Of a DNA stretch of 32,000 bases, positions 29,855-32,000 are shown piece after piece (the first letter of the stretch is position 1; every line of letters starts with the position of its first letter). The DNA comes from Desulfotalea psychrophila LSv54 (GTDB lineage Bacteria; Desulfobacterota; Desulfobulbia; Desulfobulbales; Desulfocapsaceae). A program made the translations under genes and the position numbers. The notes under the pieces are model-generated. The model worked only from the letters and a program-made list of their open reading frames with translations. It was not told where the DNA came from and made no database searches. Location: contig NC_006138.1 in the NCBI RefSeq assembly GCF_000025945.1, positions 1,410,001 to 1,442,000 on the forward strand, written 5' to 3'.

Positions 29855-30703
29855 ATGAAGGATGAGAGAAAAATTAAATTGATATTAACCCGTCAACCGA
29901 TCACGGAGGGTGCAGGGGTTCATTTGAACCGGCTGTTTGGACACAACGAGGCCCCGACCTTGGATCCCTTTCTGCTCCTCGATGATTTCCGTTCTGACAA
30001 GCCCGAGGATTATCTGCAGGGTTTTCCGTGGCATCCTCACCGTGGTATCGAGACAATTACCTATGTGCTGAAAGGTGATGTGGAACATGGAGACAGCCTG
30101 GGCAACAGGGGGGTTATTTCTTCGGGGGATGTGCAATGGATGACCGCCGGCAGCGGTATTATCCATCAGGAGATGCCGAAAGGGGATGCTCAGGGCGCCA
30201 TGCATGGTTTTCAGCTATGGGCCAATCTGCCGGCATCCCAGAAAATGATGGCCCCAAAATATCGCGACATCACGGCTGGCCAAGTGCCGGAGGTTGAAGT
30301 TGGCAACGGTATTTGTATCAAGGTCATTGCAGGTAATATTGCCGGCGTGCAGGGGCCCATGGATGATATTGTCATTGATCCTGAATACTTTGATTGCTCT
30401 GTGCCGGTCGGTGAGACCTTTGTCCATAAAACAGATCCAGGCTACACGGCCTTCGTCTATGTTATCGCCGGAAAAGGAGAAACCGATGGTACAGATGTTG
30501 AGAATGGAACATTGGTTCTTTTCGATCAGGGAGAACAACTGTCGGTAAAGGCCCTGGATGAGTCTCTGAGATTCCTGCTCTTAACAGGCAAACCGCTGGC
30601 TGAGCCTGTGGCCTGGCAGGGCCCCATTGTCATGAATAGCCAGGCTGAACTGACAACGGCATTCCTGGAATACCAAGATGGTACCTTTATCAAAAATAGA
30701 TAG
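29855..30703 (+). CDS. Pirin-family protein (bicupin)
   Basis: DPFLLLDDFRSDKPEDYLQGFPWHPHRGIETITYVLKGDVEHGDSLGNRGVISSGDVQWMTAGSGIIHQEMP is the conserved pirin N-terminal cupin. Confidence 0.95.
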   Translation: MKDERKIKLILTRQPITEGAGVHLNRLFGHNEAPTLDPFLLLDDFRSDKPEDYLQGFPWHPHRGIETITYVLKGDVEHGDSLGNRGVISSGDVQWMTAGSGIIHQEMPKGDAQGAMHGFQLWANLPASQKMMAPKYRDITAGQVPEVEVGNGICIKVIAGNIAGVQGPMDDIVIDPEYFDCSVPVGETFVHKTDPGYTAFVYVIAGKGETDGTDVENGTLVLFDQGEQLSVKALDESLRFLLLTGKPLAEPVAWQGPIVMNSQAELTTAFLEYQDGTFIKNR

Positions 30704-30796
30704 TTTGGGGTCGGCATGCATCTGTCATCACTGGACTATTTTAAGTGAGTATTGAACTCTTTGTTAAGCGATCATTTAAAAGAGAAGGGAGAAACC

Positions 30797-31726
30797 ATGA
30801 GCTCAAAATTTGACCAAAATCCAGTGGCAGCCGGTGATTTGCGTGCCTTTTTAATCGAAAAACCTGAAACGGTGCTCATCGATCTGTTGCCCCCGGAACA
30901 TTTTGTCAGCCGCCATGTCCCCGGTGCCCAAAATGCCTGTGTGTTTCACGTTTCATTTTTGGATGATTTAGCAGCTATCGTTTCAGATAAACGGCTTCCA
31001 ATTGTAGTTTATGGTTCCAGCGTCCGTAGCCGTGATGCAGCAGTGGCGCTTGAGAAGATGGATCGGGCCAACTTTGAGCAGGTCTCATTTCTTAAAGGGG
31101 GAGTTGAGGCATGGCATGGAGCTGGATATGACCTTGAGGGGGAGGCTCCTTATCAGCAGGATCTGCAGACGATGGTGAACTTAACCGACGGGCAATACAC
31201 GGTTGACTGTGAGGCAAGTGAGTTGGAATGGGCCGGGCGTAATCCAAATTGCCGTCATATTGGCACGGTGGATATTGCCAGGGGCGAGATTGAGATCAAA
31301 GGTAGCGTTATCACCGGTGCGATTGAAATTGATATGAACACCATTCATAATATCAACTTGGAAGGAGATGAATTACAGCCGGTGCTGGAAGCTCATCTGC
31401 GCTCGGACGATTTTTTCTTTACCAAAATGTTTCCCAAGGCGGTATTAAGCATCAGGCAAGTTAAACGGATTGAACCGTGTTGGTTGACCGGCCCCAATCA
31501 CCATGTCAAAGCTGAGTTGAGTTTGCGGGGTGTTTCAGTCGACCTTGAATTTGATGCCACCGTTGCCCTCATTGAGGGTGATTCTTTCGTTTTGGAGGCC
31601 CATTTCGATATTGATCGGACGCGTTGGAATGTGATCTATGGATCAACCCGTTTTTTCGAGTATTTGGGGATGCATAAGGTTTTTGACTTGATCAGTTTGC
31701 AATTGCGATTGGTTGCCGGTCACTAA
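30797..31726 (+). CDS. Rhodanese-like domain fused to a YceI-like domain. The ORF is open from 30752; ATG with SD (GAAGGGAGAAACC) at 30797
   Basis: Rhodanese part: LIEKPETVLIDLLPPEHFVSRHVPGAQNACVFH...VVYGSSVRSRDAAVALEKM...FLKGGVEAWHGAGYD. YceI part: YTVDCEASELEWAGRN...IEIKGSVITGAIEIDMNTI...HLRSDDFFFTKMFPKAVLSI. Confidence 0.85.
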   Translation: MSSKFDQNPVAAGDLRAFLIEKPETVLIDLLPPEHFVSRHVPGAQNACVFHVSFLDDLAAIVSDKRLPIVVYGSSVRSRDAAVALEKMDRANFEQVSFLKGGVEAWHGAGYDLEGEAPYQQDLQTMVNLTDGQYTVDCEASELEWAGRNPNCRHIGTVDIARGEIEIKGSVITGAIEIDMNTIHNINLEGDELQPVLEAHLRSDDFFFTKMFPKAVLSIRQVKRIEPCWLTGPNHHVKAELSLRGVSVDLEFDATVALIEGDSFVLEAHFDIDRTRWNVIYGSTRFFEYLGMHKVFDLISLQLRLVAGH

Positions 31727-31799
31727 ATCCGGATAGCTGGCAGGGACGGGCTTGCTAGCCCCGTTCCTACCATACGAGCTATACTTGAAATGAGAACCA

Positions 31800-32000
31800 T
31801 TGGCAAAGGACCGCGAAAACTTCGTTGCCGCTCCAGCGGCTGGTTCGGGTATCCTGGCTGAGAATTTAGTTGTTTCTTGTGCAGTGGCTGGAGCATCTCA
31901 TCGAGATTGGGGCCATTTTTTTCGTTTACTCTTGAGAGAAACTCCAGGCGATGAACCGGCTTATCTTCTGGCCCTGGGCCATTTCCACAACCTTGATTCG
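31800..32000 (+). CDS. Possible 5' part of a gene running off the window (TTG start)
   Basis: Open for 67 codons to the window end, reads LAKDRENFVAAPAAGSGILAENLVVSCAVAGASHRDWGHFFRLLLRETPGDEPAYLLALGHFHNLDS; not in the supplied ORF track. Confidence 0.25.
   Translation, partial: MAKDRENFVAAPAAGSGILAENLVVSCAVAGASHRDWGHFFRLLLRETPGDEPAYLLALGHFHNLDS

Overview
The window looks like an ordinary chromosomal segment of an anaerobic, sulfate-reducer-like deltaproteobacterium (inferred from gene content and protein style, not from a search). On the + strand (positions 429-10471) there is a run of genes for aromatic/2-oxo-acid metabolism and amino-acid uptake: iorA, iorB, a phenylacetate-CoA ligase, an ACT-domain protein, livHMGF, a second phenylacetate-CoA ligase, and rph. 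This is followed by a tandem pair of AGCS sodium:alanine/glycine symporters, a methyl-accepting chemotaxis protein, and cstA (-). Next on the - strand are an HD-domain protein, hemE and a radical SAM protein of the AhbD/NirJ-like type. Then on the + strand come hisD, rsmG, leuB, a large multidomain cNMP-binding / degenerate AAA+ / polyferredoxin membrane protein, a third AGCS symporter, a pirin, and a rhodanese-YceI fusion. I saw no CRISPR array, rRNA, tRNA, integrase or transposase, and no defence-type system. The most unusual item is the 25027-27723 protein. It fuses an N-terminal cyclic-nucleotide-binding-like module to a sigma54-activator-like AAA+ domain whose Walker B and GAFTGA motifs are missing, and then to a NosR/NapH-like Fe-S membrane module. 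Secondary points are a nearly identical 54-nt 3' element after both tandem AGCS genes, an 18-nt perfect palindrome covering the livM ribosome-binding site, a rhodanese domain without its catalytic Cys, and an in-frame UAG followed by 35 more codons in the HD gene. All identifications come from reading motifs and protein sequence by eye.
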